This document shows positions 63,615-64,000 of a DNA stretch of 64,000 nucleotides, piece after piece. The first letter of the stretch is position 1; each line of letters opens with the position of its first letter. Made by a program: the position numbers and the translations under genes. Source of the stretch: Balanoglossus misakiensis (lineage: Eukaryota; Animalia; Hemichordata); NCBI GenBank assembly GCA_040954595.2, contig CM082583.2:1436925-1500924 (forward strand), given 5' to 3'. Below the pieces are notes generated by a model, which was given only the letters and a program-made list of their open reading frames with translations, did not search any database and was not told the origin of the DNA.

Positions 63615-64000
63615 GACATTCGAATCTAACTCCTGATTGGCCTATAAACTTATTTCTTTCATCAACACTTTCTAACCGTTAACCCGCTGTACCTCCGCAT
63701 GTCTCCACAAGAGCTAGGAGCTCAGAATCGGATGAACGAGACAAGCGGTCTCTCACGTTTAGTAACCGTAACACCGTTAAAGGTAGGTTTTCATTGATTC
63801 TAATAAGTCTCCGTTCAACAACATTTCAAAGATTCTCCATAACCCAGTAGTTGCCACTGTGCTTCAATGAAATATTTCCTTTCAAACTTGCAAATGGTAA
63901 CCGAATCTCAAATCGCAAATCTTTCCATTTTTAATAACGAAGTCGGATGCCGCAATCACCAACTCACTTTTTTATTGGACTCCATCATTCTAATACTTTA
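63615..64000 (+). repeat. Third copy of the palindrome arm end, running off the window
   Basis: 63683-64000 is a direct repeat of 47881-48200; 63615-64000 is the reverse complement of about 61725-62125. Confidence 0.9.

Overview
AT-rich animal genomic DNA with many introns and repeats; the repeat and gene content suggests a marine invertebrate deuterostome (inference). Main contents: (1) the 3' part of a minus-strand Uninflatable/SVEP1-like receptor gene (pentraxin-HYR-sushi-RRKR-4x ephrin-receptor-like Cys repeats-2x EGF-TM-NPxY tail; 23515-38115) that carries an in-frame stop and damaged splice acceptors; (2) a near full-length RTE-X-like LINE in one of its introns, with a 2A (StopGo) peptide and an ORF2 that has no ATG and lies in frame behind a single UAG; (3) a 5.1-kb IS3EU-type foldback DNA transposon carrying a Tx1/L1 fragment; (4) a 9.5-kb tandem array of Helentron/HINE-like units with stacks of terminal hairpins; (5) a block of at least 16 kb (47881-64000) built of nested inverted repeats and holding scrambled, head-to-head copies of a multi-exon RPA-like OB-fold gene, tRNA-Gln-like sequences and a 309-bp satellite. 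Item 5 is the best candidate for an undescribed mobile system. Also present: several MITEs, a broken secreted pentraxin gene and microsatellites. All calls were made by eye with no database search.
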